A stretch of 28,064 nt of DNA from Crocosphaera sp. (GCA_030065735.1 JASJDD010000016.1:1-28064); one strand, 5' to 3'. Positions 8,752-16,474 are shown, counted from the first letter of the stretch. Numbers and translations: made by a program. Notes: generated by a model not told the origin, from the letters alone.

Positions 8752-8892
8752 TTGCGGAAAAACCCCCTAAAATAAAAACAAGAATACTTTAATTCTCCCA
8801 TTGACTTGGGTTTGGCTAAACTAAAATCAAATATTCGTTACCTTAAACTCTCAAAATATCGATTCGCTTAACTCCCACAATACCTATATCCT

Positions 8893-9534
8893 ATGACTCG
8901 AAGCGTAAAACAAGATAAAAATAAGCATTCTCAACCTCCTAAAAAAGAAAATCCTTGGGTTGAACTAGCCCAAACCGTTGTCACTGCTGTCATTCTCGCC
9001 TTTGGTATTCGCACCTTTGTGGCTGAAGCGCGTTATATTCCTTCGTCTTCGATGGAACCCACCCTCGAAATCAACGATCGCCTGATTATCGAAAAATTAA
9101 GTTATCATTTCCGAGAACCAGTCAGAGGGGATGTGGTCGTTTTTCACCCCACAGATAGATTGAAAGACGAAGGTTTCCATGAGGCCTTTATTAAGCGTAT
9201 CATTGGACTACCAGGGGAAACCGTTCAGGTAAAAGAAGGGAAAGTTTATATCAATGGTTCTGAAATTACCGAAAAATATATTGCTGAAGATCCTAACTAC
9301 GACTATGGACCTAAGGTGGTTCCTGAAGGAGAATATTTAGTATTAGGAGATAATCGTAATAATAGCTTGGATTCTCATTACTGGGGTTTTGTTCCTAAAG
9401 ATAAGATTATTGGTAAAGCATTCGTCCGTTTTTGGCCATTCAATCGTTTGGGAAGTCTTGATCAACAACCCTTATATCCTGGACAAAATGAGAACCCAGA
9501 TAGAAGTCAACAGTCTTTACTGCCTCGATATTAA
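8893..9534 (+). CDS. lepB: Signal peptidase I
   Basis: There is an N-terminal TM segment. Box B is SSSMEPTL (catalytic Ser), box D is KRIIGLPGE (catalytic Lys) and box E is GDNRNNSLDSHYWGFVP. Confidence 0.9.
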   Translation: MTRSVKQDKNKHSQPPKKENPWVELAQTVVTAVILAFGIRTFVAEARYIPSSSMEPTLEINDRLIIEKLSYHFREPVRGDVVVFHPTDRLKDEGFHEAFIKRIIGLPGETVQVKEGKVYINGSEITEKYIAEDPNYDYGPKVVPEGEYLVLGDNRNNSLDSHYWGFVPKDKIIGKAFVRFWPFNRLGSLDQQPLYPGQNENPDRSQQSLLPRY

Positions 9535-9557
9535 TATTAATGGTTAATTGTTGAGAA

Positions 9558-9588
9558 GGGAGTCGATCTTTGCTCGACTCCCTTTTTT
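9558..9588 (+). terminator. Rho-independent terminator after lepB
   Basis: A 9-bp stem (GGGAGTCGA at 9558-9566 with TCGACTCCC at 9574-9582) encloses a 7-nt loop and is followed by TTTTTT (9583-9588). Confidence 0.7.
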
Positions 9589-9601
9589 CTGAGCATAACA
9601 A

Positions 9602-9686
9602 CGGAGAGGGAGGGATTCGAACCCTCGTTGCCTTGCGACAAAGCAGTTTTCGAGACTGCCGCATTCAACCACTCTGCCACCTCTCC
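9602..9686 (-). tRNA. tRNA-Ser (anticodon CGA), class II with long variable arm
   Basis: The reverse complement is GGAGAGGTGGCAGAGTGGTTGAATGCGGCAGTCTCGAAAACTGCTTTGTCGCAAGGCAACGAGGGTTCGAATCCCTCCCTCTCCG. The anticodon stem is GCAGT/ACTGC with loop CTCGAAA. The T arm is AGGG-TTCGAAT-CCCT and the acceptor is GGAGAGG/CCTCTCC. CCA is not encoded. Confidence 0.95.
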
Positions 9687-9716
9687 CAGAGACTTTGGGT
9701 TTACTCACCATTGCTC

Positions 9717-9725
9717 ATTATAACA
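9717..9725 (-). promoter_or_regulatory. Extended -10 element (TGTTATAAT) upstream of tRNA-Ser
   Basis: The reverse strand reads CCCTGTTATAATGAG 31 nt upstream of the tRNA 5' end. No good -35 is present, which is consistent with an extended -10 promoter. Confidence 0.35.
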
Positions 9726-9862
9726 GGGTTAGTTTGTTCCACCCTTTTTCATCTAGCTTAGCTCAAACAAACTTCTTCAATTCGTTAGAAAAAATTGACT
9801 CTTCTGGTTTAACATATAGGTCAAGATATCTCCTACTCTTAAAATTGTAATTTAGATTTAAA

Positions 9863-11329
9863 ATGAAACTAAAAACTTTAAACTCCCTTTTAATCCTCCA
9901 GGACAAAAATCAACGAAGGCAATGGTTTTTATTAGGTTGTCTTCTCCTCTTAGCGGTTAGCCTCTATATTTATAAAATTGATTCCAAAGGTCTATGGATT
10001 GATGAATTTATCAGCTTGATTGATGCTGAAAAATTAAGAATGAAAGATGGTAGATTTCTCTACTACCCTCTACTCGCTTTCTGGATGATGTTTAGTCATA
10101 GTGATGCTTGGTTACGAGGATTATCGGTTATTTTTGCTCTGGGAAGTGTTGTCTTGCTTTATGAATTAGCCCGTTACTTATTCAATGAAACCACAGGGTT
10201 AGTGGCAGCTTTGATGTTGACTCTCTCACCTCTGTTTATCAATCATGCTCAAGAAGTTCGTTACTATACTTTGAGTACCTTTGTTACCCTAGCAGGGACT
10301 CTTTGTTTAGCCCATGCTTTAAAACAGCCTGATAATTGGAAAACTAAAGGGGGTTGGGCTATCCTTAGATTTTTAGGGGTTCTTACGGTTCCCTTCAATG
10401 CTACTTTAATTGGGGCTGATTTATTGCTGATTGGGGCGAAATTCTTCAGACAGAAGAAAAAGTTACTGGGTTTTGCAACACCCTTTATGGGCTTTATCCT
10501 TCTCTGTATTCCTGTTGCTATGGATTTGTTATCAACCGTCACCTCAGGAAAACATCGTTTAATTGGCCCAACTCCTGGAATTACAGATGTATTAAGGCAA
10601 TTCAGACTTTTAACCGCTTATTCTTATCCGCCTCCACCGCCTTATTTAACTCGGTTGCTGCAAGTTTACATTCTTTTAGTGGTTGCTATCTTGGTTATTG
10701 CCATTATTAAGAAACCTCGCACTCAAGAAAGTCTCTGGGTAGCTGCTTGGGGATTTATCCCGTTAACAATCATCTTTGTCTATTCTCACGTCTCTAATTC
10801 AATTTGGATTACCCGCTATTTTATGTTTGTTGCCCCTTACCTATTTCTGCTTATGGCGGTAGGCTTTCTGAAAATATGGCGACAATGGCGGGTTATGGCG
10901 ATAATTATAGCCTTAGTGTATGGTATCGCCGTTAGCACCGGATTGACTCATTACTATAGCTCATCAGAACGCTATATAGGGGCTAGTGGCGATTTTTATC
11001 GTGGGGTTGCCCAAACCATTAATGCCGAAGAAAAACCAGGGGATGTAATTATTTGGTCTATTCTTCATGGAACTTCTATACCCCTAAGACATTATCATCG
11101 TGGCTCAGCTCCTATTATTGAAAAAATACAAATTCCTCGAGACAGTTTTGATGAGACAACCATAAAAGAATGGCTCCGCACCCTGCCAACCATTGAATCT
11201 CGTCTGTGGATTGTTCATCCTAATAAGTCTGAACTTTTCTGCCAACTGCTTCAAGAAAAGTATCAAAACATCACAAACTATGAACAATTTGGTCAATGTA
11301 GCGTATCGTTAATAACACCAGAAAGTTAA
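9863..11329 (+). CDS. GT-C fold membrane glycosyltransferase (family 39, ArnT/PMT_2-like), paralog 2
   Basis: This is a 488-aa polytopic protein. It has a W-I-DE motif after TM1, then RGLSVIFALGSVVLLYELARYLFNETTG...SPLFINHAQEVRYYTLS, collinear with 3193-4782. Confidence 0.75.
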   Translation: MKLKTLNSLLILQDKNQRRQWFLLGCLLLLAVSLYIYKIDSKGLWIDEFISLIDAEKLRMKDGRFLYYPLLAFWMMFSHSDAWLRGLSVIFALGSVVLLYELARYLFNETTGLVAALMLTLSPLFINHAQEVRYYTLSTFVTLAGTLCLAHALKQPDNWKTKGGWAILRFLGVLTVPFNATLIGADLLLIGAKFFRQKKKLLGFATPFMGFILLCIPVAMDLLSTVTSGKHRLIGPTPGITDVLRQFRLLTAYSYPPPPPYLTRLLQVYILLVVAILVIAIIKKPRTQESLWVAAWGFIPLTIIFVYSHVSNSIWITRYFMFVAPYLFLLMAVGFLKIWRQWRVMAIIIALVYGIAVSTGLTHYYSSSERYIGASGDFYRGVAQTINAEEKPGDVIIWSILHGTSIPLRHYHRGSAPIIEKIQIPRDSFDETTIKEWLRTLPTIESRLWIVHPNKSELFCQLLQEKYQNITNYEQFGQCSVSLITPES

Positions 11330-11442
11330 TGATTAAATCATCGTAGCTCTAGCGAAAAGTCATCAACTTTGGTGATTGACTCAATTTTGTTTCAAGTTTA
11401 TGTTACATTATCAGCAAAATTTTTAAGGAAAACCGATATAAA

Positions 11443-12465
11443 GTGATGAGCGAAACATTGACATTACTGCCTCACAAAGATAATCACAGTTATACTCAAG
11501 TTTACCTTTCTGTGATTGTGCCGATCTTTAATGAAGTTGAGAGTTTACCTGTATTAATTAAAACCATAGCCGATGTTTTGGCAGAGACTCAACTCTCCTA
11601 TGAAATTATTTGTATCGATGATGGTTCTCAAGATGGCTCTACTGAGTTACTAGAGCAACTAGCTAAAAGTTGTCATGATTTAGTTGCCATTATTTTCCGT
11701 CGAAACTACGGTCAAACACCAGCTATGGCAGCAGGATTTGAATATGCTAAAGGCAAAATTATCATTACCTTAGATGGGGATTTACAAAATGACCCTGCTG
11801 ATATTCCTGAGCTAGTGGCCAAACTCGAAGAAGGTTACGATTTGGTGAGTGGTTGGCGCAAAAACCGCCAAGATGCTCGTTTAACCCGACTCTTACCCTC
11901 TAAAATTGCTAACTGGATTATTGGTCGAGTCACTGGCGTTAAATTACATGATTATGGATGTTCATTGAAGGCTTATCGTCGCGAAGTCATCTTAGACATG
12001 AATCTTTATGGTGAACTGCATCGCTTTTTACCGGCTCTTGCCTATATTGAAGGGGCAAAAATCACTGAAATCCCAGTTCGTCATCATGCTCGTCGTTATG
12101 GAAAAAGTAAATATGGTTTAGGACGAACCTTTCGAGTTGTCATGGATTTACTAACCATCTTTTTCTTGAAAAAGTTTCTTACTCGTCCTATGCACATTTT
12201 TGGACTGGGTGGCCTGATTTTATTGATGACAGGACTGTTGATGGGAACTTATTTAACGTTTCTCAAACTCATTCTGGGATTAAGCATTGGTCATCGTCCT
12301 TTACTGATTTTAGCAGTGCTTTTAATCCTCACTGGCATCCAATTATTAATTTCTGGATTATTAGCAGAATTGATCATGAGAACTTACCATGAATCACAAA
12401 AACGCCCTATTTATCGAGTTCGCCAAGTCGTCAAGTCATCAACTTACACAGATATAAGTGGTTGA
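11443..12465 (+). CDS. Polyprenyl-phosphate sugar transferase, GT2 (ArnC / GtrB / DPM1-like)
   Basis: The protein is collinear with E. coli ArnC as I recall it: VIVPIFNE-ESLP, IDDGS-DGS, RNYGQ-x-AMAAGF, ITLDGDLQNDP, GYDLVSGWRKNRQD, YGCSLKAYRR, GKSKYG and two C-terminal TM helices. An ATG at 11446 is an alternative to the GTG at 11443. Confidence 0.85.
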   Translation: MMSETLTLLPHKDNHSYTQVYLSVIVPIFNEVESLPVLIKTIADVLAETQLSYEIICIDDGSQDGSTELLEQLAKSCHDLVAIIFRRNYGQTPAMAAGFEYAKGKIIITLDGDLQNDPADIPELVAKLEEGYDLVSGWRKNRQDARLTRLLPSKIANWIIGRVTGVKLHDYGCSLKAYRREVILDMNLYGELHRFLPALAYIEGAKITEIPVRHHARRYGKSKYGLGRTFRVVMDLLTIFFLKKFLTRPMHIFGLGGLILLMTGLLMGTYLTFLKLILGLSIGHRPLLILAVLLILTGIQLLISGLLAELIMRTYHESQKRPIYRVRQVVKSSTYTDISG

Positions 12466-12485
12466 ACAAAATCGTTTCGCGCAGT

Positions 12486-12515
12486 CCCCATCTAAAATCT
12501 GTGATTTAGATGGGG
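12486..12515 (+). terminator. Hairpin downstream of the ArnC-like gene (possible terminator)
   Basis: An 11-bp stem (CCCCATCTAAA at 12486-12496 with TTTAGATGGGG at 12505-12515) encloses an 8-nt loop. It is followed by TGTGTTC, which is not a clean U-tract. Confidence 0.4.
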
Positions 12516-12589
12516 TGTGTTCAATCTTACTCGGATCAGTTCATTTATTAAGTAATGTTACAATAATGCTGTCATACTGGCTTGACAGC

Positions 12590-12618
12590 TTGACGGCTCC
12601 CCAAAAAATCGCTAGGAT
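12590..12618 (+). promoter_or_regulatory. Candidate promoter for the RHH-ycf46-ycf35 cassette
   Basis: TTGACG lies at 12590-12595, followed by a 17-nt spacer and TAGGAT at 12613-12618 (GATAAT at 12616-12621 is an alternative). A second TTGACA lies at 12582-12587. This rests on sequence pattern only. Confidence 0.25.
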
Positions 12619-12654
12619 AATGATACATACCCGGGTAACCTCAGCTAGAGTGAT

Positions 12655-13005
12655 ATGCAAGACAAGCAAAAGGTCACACTATATCTCCCCCCTGGAATTC
12701 ATCGGCAACTCAAAATTAGAGCCGCCATTGATGAAGATTCAATGTCAGCATTAGTTGAGAGGGCAGTAGATTTTTATCTCAAATACCCAGATAAGGTAGA
12801 AGAAGTAGAGTCTGCTGCTTATGGGAAGACACACCAAGTCCATATTTGCCCAGAGTGCGAAGCCGCTATGGTCATGCGGGACGGTAAAATGGTTTCCCTG
12901 AAAGATCAGCCTAGTGTCATCACAGATGATTTTTCCCTAGATATAAGGGAAACAGTACCGACCAATGCCGAAACTTCTGGGGAAGAAGCCTTAGTTCCCT
13001 GCTAA
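12655..13005 (+). CDS. Ribbon-helix-helix (CopG/Arc-like) protein with a His/Cys cluster and acidic tail
   Basis: The N-terminus KVTLYLPPGIHRQLKIRAAIDEDSMSALVERAVDFYL has the beta-strand/helix/helix pattern of RHH DNA-binding domains. It is followed by H-x2-H-x-C-x2-C (HQVHICPEC). The gene is the first of a co-directional trio. Confidence 0.6.
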   Translation: MQDKQKVTLYLPPGIHRQLKIRAAIDEDSMSALVERAVDFYLKYPDKVEEVESAAYGKTHQVHICPECEAAMVMRDGKMVSLKDQPSVITDDFSLDIRETVPTNAETSGEEALVPC

Positions 13006-13043
13006 GTCGCTTAACTATCCAACCATTATCTTAGGTCGATGCC

Positions 13044-14552
13044 ATGAAAGAAGAGCTAAACATACTAATACAAGCTCAATATCCTTTAATATACCTTGTT
13101 ACCTCAGAAGAACAAAGAGCCGAGCAAGCGATCGCTAAAATTGCCCAAGAATATAGCAAGCATCGGCGGGTCTTTTCTTGGACTGTGACCCACGGAATGG
13201 TTGAATACGGAAAGCCAGGAAATACAACTCAACATAATACGGTTCATGCTGAACCAGCTATTAGTTGGGTCATTCGTGAAAAAGAACCAGGGATTTTCAT
13301 TTTTAAAGATTTGCACCCCTTTATTAGTGATGCCAATGTTACCCGTTCTTTGCGGGATGCCATCATCAGTTTACGGGGAACAGAGAAAACCATCATTTTA
13401 CTCTCTCCCCTCCAACAGATTCCCATCGAACTCGAAAAAGATATAGTTGTTCTCGATTTTCCTTTTCCAGACCTTAGCGAACTCAATCAAGTTCTATCAG
13501 GACAACTTGAGCAAATCAGAAGTAACCGCATTAGCACTGATGCTCGTGAGAAGCTACTGAAAGCTACCCTGGGACTAACGAAGGATGAAGCAGAGAAAGT
13601 GTATCGCAAAGCTTATGTCAAAGCGGGTCGTCTCACAGAAAGGGAAGTTGATATCGTTTTATCCGAGAAAAAGCAGCAGATTCGGCGAAATGGAGTTCTA
13701 GATTATATCGAAGAAGATGAAACCATCAATTCAGTTGGCGGTTTAGAAGAACTAAAAAAATGGCTTAAACAAAGGTCTGGGGCTTTTACAGAAAGAGCCA
13801 GGGAATATGGCTTACCCCAACCCAAGGGAATGTTAATTTTGGGGGTTCCAGGATGCGGAAAATCCCTAATTGCTAAGACCACCTCGCGGTTATGGGGCTT
13901 ACCCCTACTGCGGTTAGATTTAGGTAGGGTTTATGACTCCGCTGTCGGTCGTTCGGAAGCTAACTTAAGAAACGCCCTAAGAACCGCAGAATCCATTTCC
14001 CCTGCTATACTCTTCATTGATGAACTAGACAAAGCCTTTGCTGGTGGTGCAGGGTCAGCCGATTCCGATGGAGGAACCTCAAGCCGAATTTTTGGCTCCT
14101 TTTTAACCTGGATGCAGGAAAAAACCTCATCGGTGTTTGTCATGGCTACAGCCAACCGTGTAGAACGGCTACCAGGAGAATTTTTACGCAAAGGAAGATT
14201 TGACGAAATTTTCTTCGTGGATTTGCCCAATTTAGAAGAACGGATTGCTATTTTCAACATTCACCTTAGTAAGCGTCGCTCAGACACTTCTCGCTTCAAT
14301 ATTGAGCAACTCGCTAAGGTATCTGATGGATTTTCTGGTGCAGAGATAGAGCAAGCCATCATTGCAGCGATGTATGAGGCGTTTGCTCAAGATAGGGAGT
14401 TTAATCAGCTGGATATTATTGCTGCCATTAAATCGACCCTACCCCTATCTCGTACTATGACTGAACAGGTAACAGCCCTACGGGACTGGGCGCGGCAGAG
14501 AGCGCGGCCTGCTTCAGCCTCCATCGCTGAATACCAGCGATTGGAGTTCTAA
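13044..14552 (+). CDS. ycf46: Ycf46-type AAA+ ATPase
   Basis: The N-terminal ~250 aa starts MKEELNILIQAQYPLIYLVTSEEQRAEQ, the pattern I recall for Ycf46 N-termini. A single AAA+ module follows. It has Walker A GVPGCGKS (13842-13865), Walker B ILFIDELD (14007-14030), sensor-1 ATAN and an RKGRFD arginine region. Confidence 0.85.
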   Translation: MKEELNILIQAQYPLIYLVTSEEQRAEQAIAKIAQEYSKHRRVFSWTVTHGMVEYGKPGNTTQHNTVHAEPAISWVIREKEPGIFIFKDLHPFISDANVTRSLRDAIISLRGTEKTIILLSPLQQIPIELEKDIVVLDFPFPDLSELNQVLSGQLEQIRSNRISTDAREKLLKATLGLTKDEAEKVYRKAYVKAGRLTEREVDIVLSEKKQQIRRNGVLDYIEEDETINSVGGLEELKKWLKQRSGAFTERAREYGLPQPKGMLILGVPGCGKSLIAKTTSRLWGLPLLRLDLGRVYDSAVGRSEANLRNALRTAESISPAILFIDELDKAFAGGAGSADSDGGTSSRIFGSFLTWMQEKTSSVFVMATANRVERLPGEFLRKGRFDEIFFVDLPNLEERIAIFNIHLSKRRSDTSRFNIEQLAKVSDGFSGAEIEQAIIAAMYEAFAQDREFNQLDIIAAIKSTLPLSRTMTEQVTALRDWARQRARPASASIAEYQRLEF

Positions 14553-14688
14553 CAAGCTTTCACCTGCTCCCAACAGGTGCAAAGGCTAGCCAAGAGCTAG
14601 CAGCCTATCGACCGTCGTCCTGATTAGACGGCAAAGATAAACCCTAAATTGTTGTTGTCAACTTCTATTCTACTGGAGGAAATCGAAA

Positions 14689-15042
14689 ATGTCTCACTTT
14701 AGCACTCTGCGCACCAAAATCACAGATGCTGAAATTTTAAAGGCTTCTTTACGCGATCTCGGTATTTTTGTGAAGACCGATGCTGATGTAAGAGGTTATA
14801 ACGGTCAGCGCGTTCGTTCTGATATCGTTGCTGTTCTTGATGGTGAATATGATCTCGGCTGGTCTCGCAATAGCGATGGTAGCTTCGATTTAATTGCTGA
14901 CCTTTGGGGTGTTGCTAAGAAGCACAACCAAACTGAGTTAATCAACTCCATCAACCAAAAGTATGCTGTTAACAAGACCTTAGCAGAAGTTAAGCAGCGT
15001 AACTTAGGAAAAGCTAATATCAATTTAGTTCTTCACAGCTAA
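14689..15042 (+). CDS. ycf35: Ycf35 / DUF1257 family protein
   Basis: The protein is 117 aa. The MSHFSTLRTKITDAEILKASLRDLG start and the DLGWSRN...FDLIADLWGV core match my memory of Ycf35. A GGAGGA Shine-Dalgarno lies 8 nt upstream of the ATG. Confidence 0.8.
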   Translation: MSHFSTLRTKITDAEILKASLRDLGIFVKTDADVRGYNGQRVRSDIVAVLDGEYDLGWSRNSDGSFDLIADLWGVAKKHNQTELINSINQKYAVNKTLAEVKQRNLGKANINLVLHS

Positions 15043-15085
15043 GATTTAGCGCGCGTTCCCAAGCTTGGGGTTGACCAGTCCTCGG

Positions 15086-16195
15086 TTAACCCTTTTTTTG
15101 GCTCAATTTTTGCGAAAACTTTTTCATAAAAGCCAGACTACTATACAAATGAAAGGCAGCATCCCAAGGGGTTTCCTCCCGACGTAATAGGTCAATGTGA
15201 GGGTTAATGAGTTTAAGTAACTCTTGAAAATCAATGGCTGATTCACCAAAGGGAGTAAACTCTGAGTAGGTAGGGAGTGATGGGGTTTTTTCAGCAATAA
15301 AAGCCATAATGTGTTGCCAACTTTCCTTAATGGTTGCTTGGCCATCTTTAACTTTTTGCTGATCAGAAAAGGATACTCCTTCTCTGAAACGATATTGTTG
15401 ATCACACAAGCGAATGATAGTCTGCTTTTGAGGCAGATGAAGATCGCAAATGTTCGCATAGTCTAAGGTTTTTATTGTCCTTTTTAATTTCCCCCTTAAA
15501 CCAACATCCACACATTCTTCAAAAATGGGAAGTAACCCGTCTACCCGTTGTGCTACTTCCGACCATTCAAATGTCAAGATATCCCGTTGTCCTTTTTTCG
15601 GTTCGTAGACAATGGTAACTTTAGGTTCCACTGACTCGATATAGAGAACACCATACACCTCTAGGATATTAACATAGCGAACCAATGCAGTAAAACAAGG
15701 AATGTCTGCTTGTTGCAGTTGTTCTGCTTGGAATTTTAGCCGACCAATAGCCCCAGTACGGTATAATCGCCAGGAACGACTAGGAAGTTGTAATCTAGCG
15801 GTGTAGGGATCAATATCCATAATTTCCCCAAATTTCTGGGCTGCTGTCTTTTTTAACTCATTCGGCATAGCTTCGAGGACTAACATCCCCATTTCTAACG
15901 CCCCGCTTTGTTCCATCGCTTGGTTTAAAGCCGTTTGACGTTCCTTAACTTCCTGTTGGTTAATTCGTTCAATCCCTTGACGAATTTGCCTCATCAACTT
16001 AGGATTAACCGTATTAGGTAACAGTTCTCGATAGCGTTGATTAGCAAAGGTGACATCTCCTTGGGCTTCAGCTAAACGGGCTTGATAAAATGGAATCCAA
16101 ATATTGTTGGGATCTTCTTGCTGTAACTGTTGAAGCAGATGGTAAGCTTCCTGATAATTTTGGCTGTTAATGGCATTAATAATAGGCTCAACCAT
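15086..16195 (-). CDS. Conserved-looking hypothetical protein with a TPR-like N-terminus (369 aa)
   Basis: This is a long uninterrupted ORF. The N-terminal ~80 aa have a TPR-like helical pattern (YQEAYHLLQQL...PFYQARLAEAQGD...ANQRYRELL). I recognise no catalytic motif in the rest. Confidence 0.6.
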   Translation of the reverse strand: MVEPIINAINSQNYQEAYHLLQQLQQEDPNNIWIPFYQARLAEAQGDVTFANQRYRELLPNTVNPKLMRQIRQGIERINQQEVKERQTALNQAMEQSGALEMGMLVLEAMPNELKKTAAQKFGEIMDIDPYTARLQLPSRSWRLYRTGAIGRLKFQAEQLQQADIPCFTALVRYVNILEVYGVLYIESVEPKVTIVYEPKKGQRDILTFEWSEVAQRVDGLLPIFEECVDVGLRGKLKRTIKTLDYANICDLHLPQKQTIIRLCDQQYRFREGVSFSDQQKVKDGQATIKESWQHIMAFIAEKTPSLPTYSEFTPFGESAIDFQELLKLINPHIDLLRREETPWDAAFHLYSSLAFMKKFSQKLSQKKG

Positions 16196-16253
16196 ATTAA
16201 CATCTATAATTTTATGGAGTTTATACTTGCATGGACAGACTGAAAATTTCTCA

Positions 16254-16334
16254 CTGCGATAGCGCCGGAGCGTAGTGAGGAACTTCTGTGCGATAGCGCC
16301 GGAACGTAGTGAGGAACTTCTAACTTCGTTAACA
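16254..16334 (+). repeat. Tandem pair of a 34-nt dispersed repeat plus 13-nt tail
   Basis: Unit 1 is 16254-16287 (CTGCGATAGCGCCGGAGCGTAGTGAGGAACTTCT). Unit 2 is 16288-16321 (GTGCGATAGCGCCGGAACGTAGTGAGGAACTTCT), with 2 mismatches to unit 1. The tail AACTTCGTTAACA is 16322-16334. A third copy lies at 18841-18887. Confidence 0.85.
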
Positions 16335-16474
16335 TAGTGCTGCTCCTACCTTCGCCTTAACGGCAAAACAGATGCCTGTTTTTTCAAGATCGATGGTAAA
16401 AAGCTAATCACTAACCTACAATAAAAAAGCATAAAAAGCTAGAAAAATTTAAGAGAATTAACATATTATTACTC

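Noticed and set aside
9440-9761. ORFs 9440-9664 (-) and 9570-9761 (+)
   Set aside because: Both run through the tRNA-Ser gene and the lepB terminator, so the tRNA explains the conservation-like open frames.
10264-11296. Antisense ORFs 10264-10542 and 11105-11296 within the GT-C gene
   Set aside because: They are shadow ORFs inside a long polytopic membrane-protein gene.
12458-12754. 98-aa ORF starting at GTG and overlapping the ArnC-like stop
   Set aside because: It spans a terminator-like hairpin and the candidate promoter, overlaps the RHH gene out of frame and has no recognisable features.
13104-14260. Antisense ORFs inside ycf46 (13104-13316, 13244-13486, 13931-14260) and the out-of-frame sense ORF 13201-13446
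   Set aside because: They lie entirely within a well-supported AAA+ gene, have no motifs and have low-complexity translations. They are typical shadow ORFs of a strongly codon-biased gene.
7284-14580. Shared 12-mer CCCAACAGGTGC in the tRNA-Gln promoter (about 7286-7297) and in hairpin 1 of the ycf46-ycf35 spacer (14569-14580)
   Set aside because: By my rough estimate (about 4e8 position pairs per strand against 1.7e7 possible 12-mers), tens of chance 12-mer matches are expected in a 28-kb window. There is no flanking similarity.
15043-15085. Palindrome CCCAAGCTTGGG between ycf35 and the convergent gene, considered as a bidirectional terminator
   Set aside because: As a hairpin it leaves only a 4-bp stem once a minimal loop is allowed, and it has no flanking T-run, so it is too weak to call.
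15124-15459. 111-aa ORF, out of frame on the same strand within the 369-aa gene, and ORF 14805-15023 antisense to ycf35
   Set aside because: They are nested in longer, better-supported ORFs and show no independent signals.
16254-16321. Possible CRISPR array, based on two adjacent 34-nt repeats
   Set aside because: The units are directly adjacent with no spacers. There are only two copies, no cas genes, and the same unit recurs singly 2.5 kb away. It is a dispersed repeat, not a CRISPR array.
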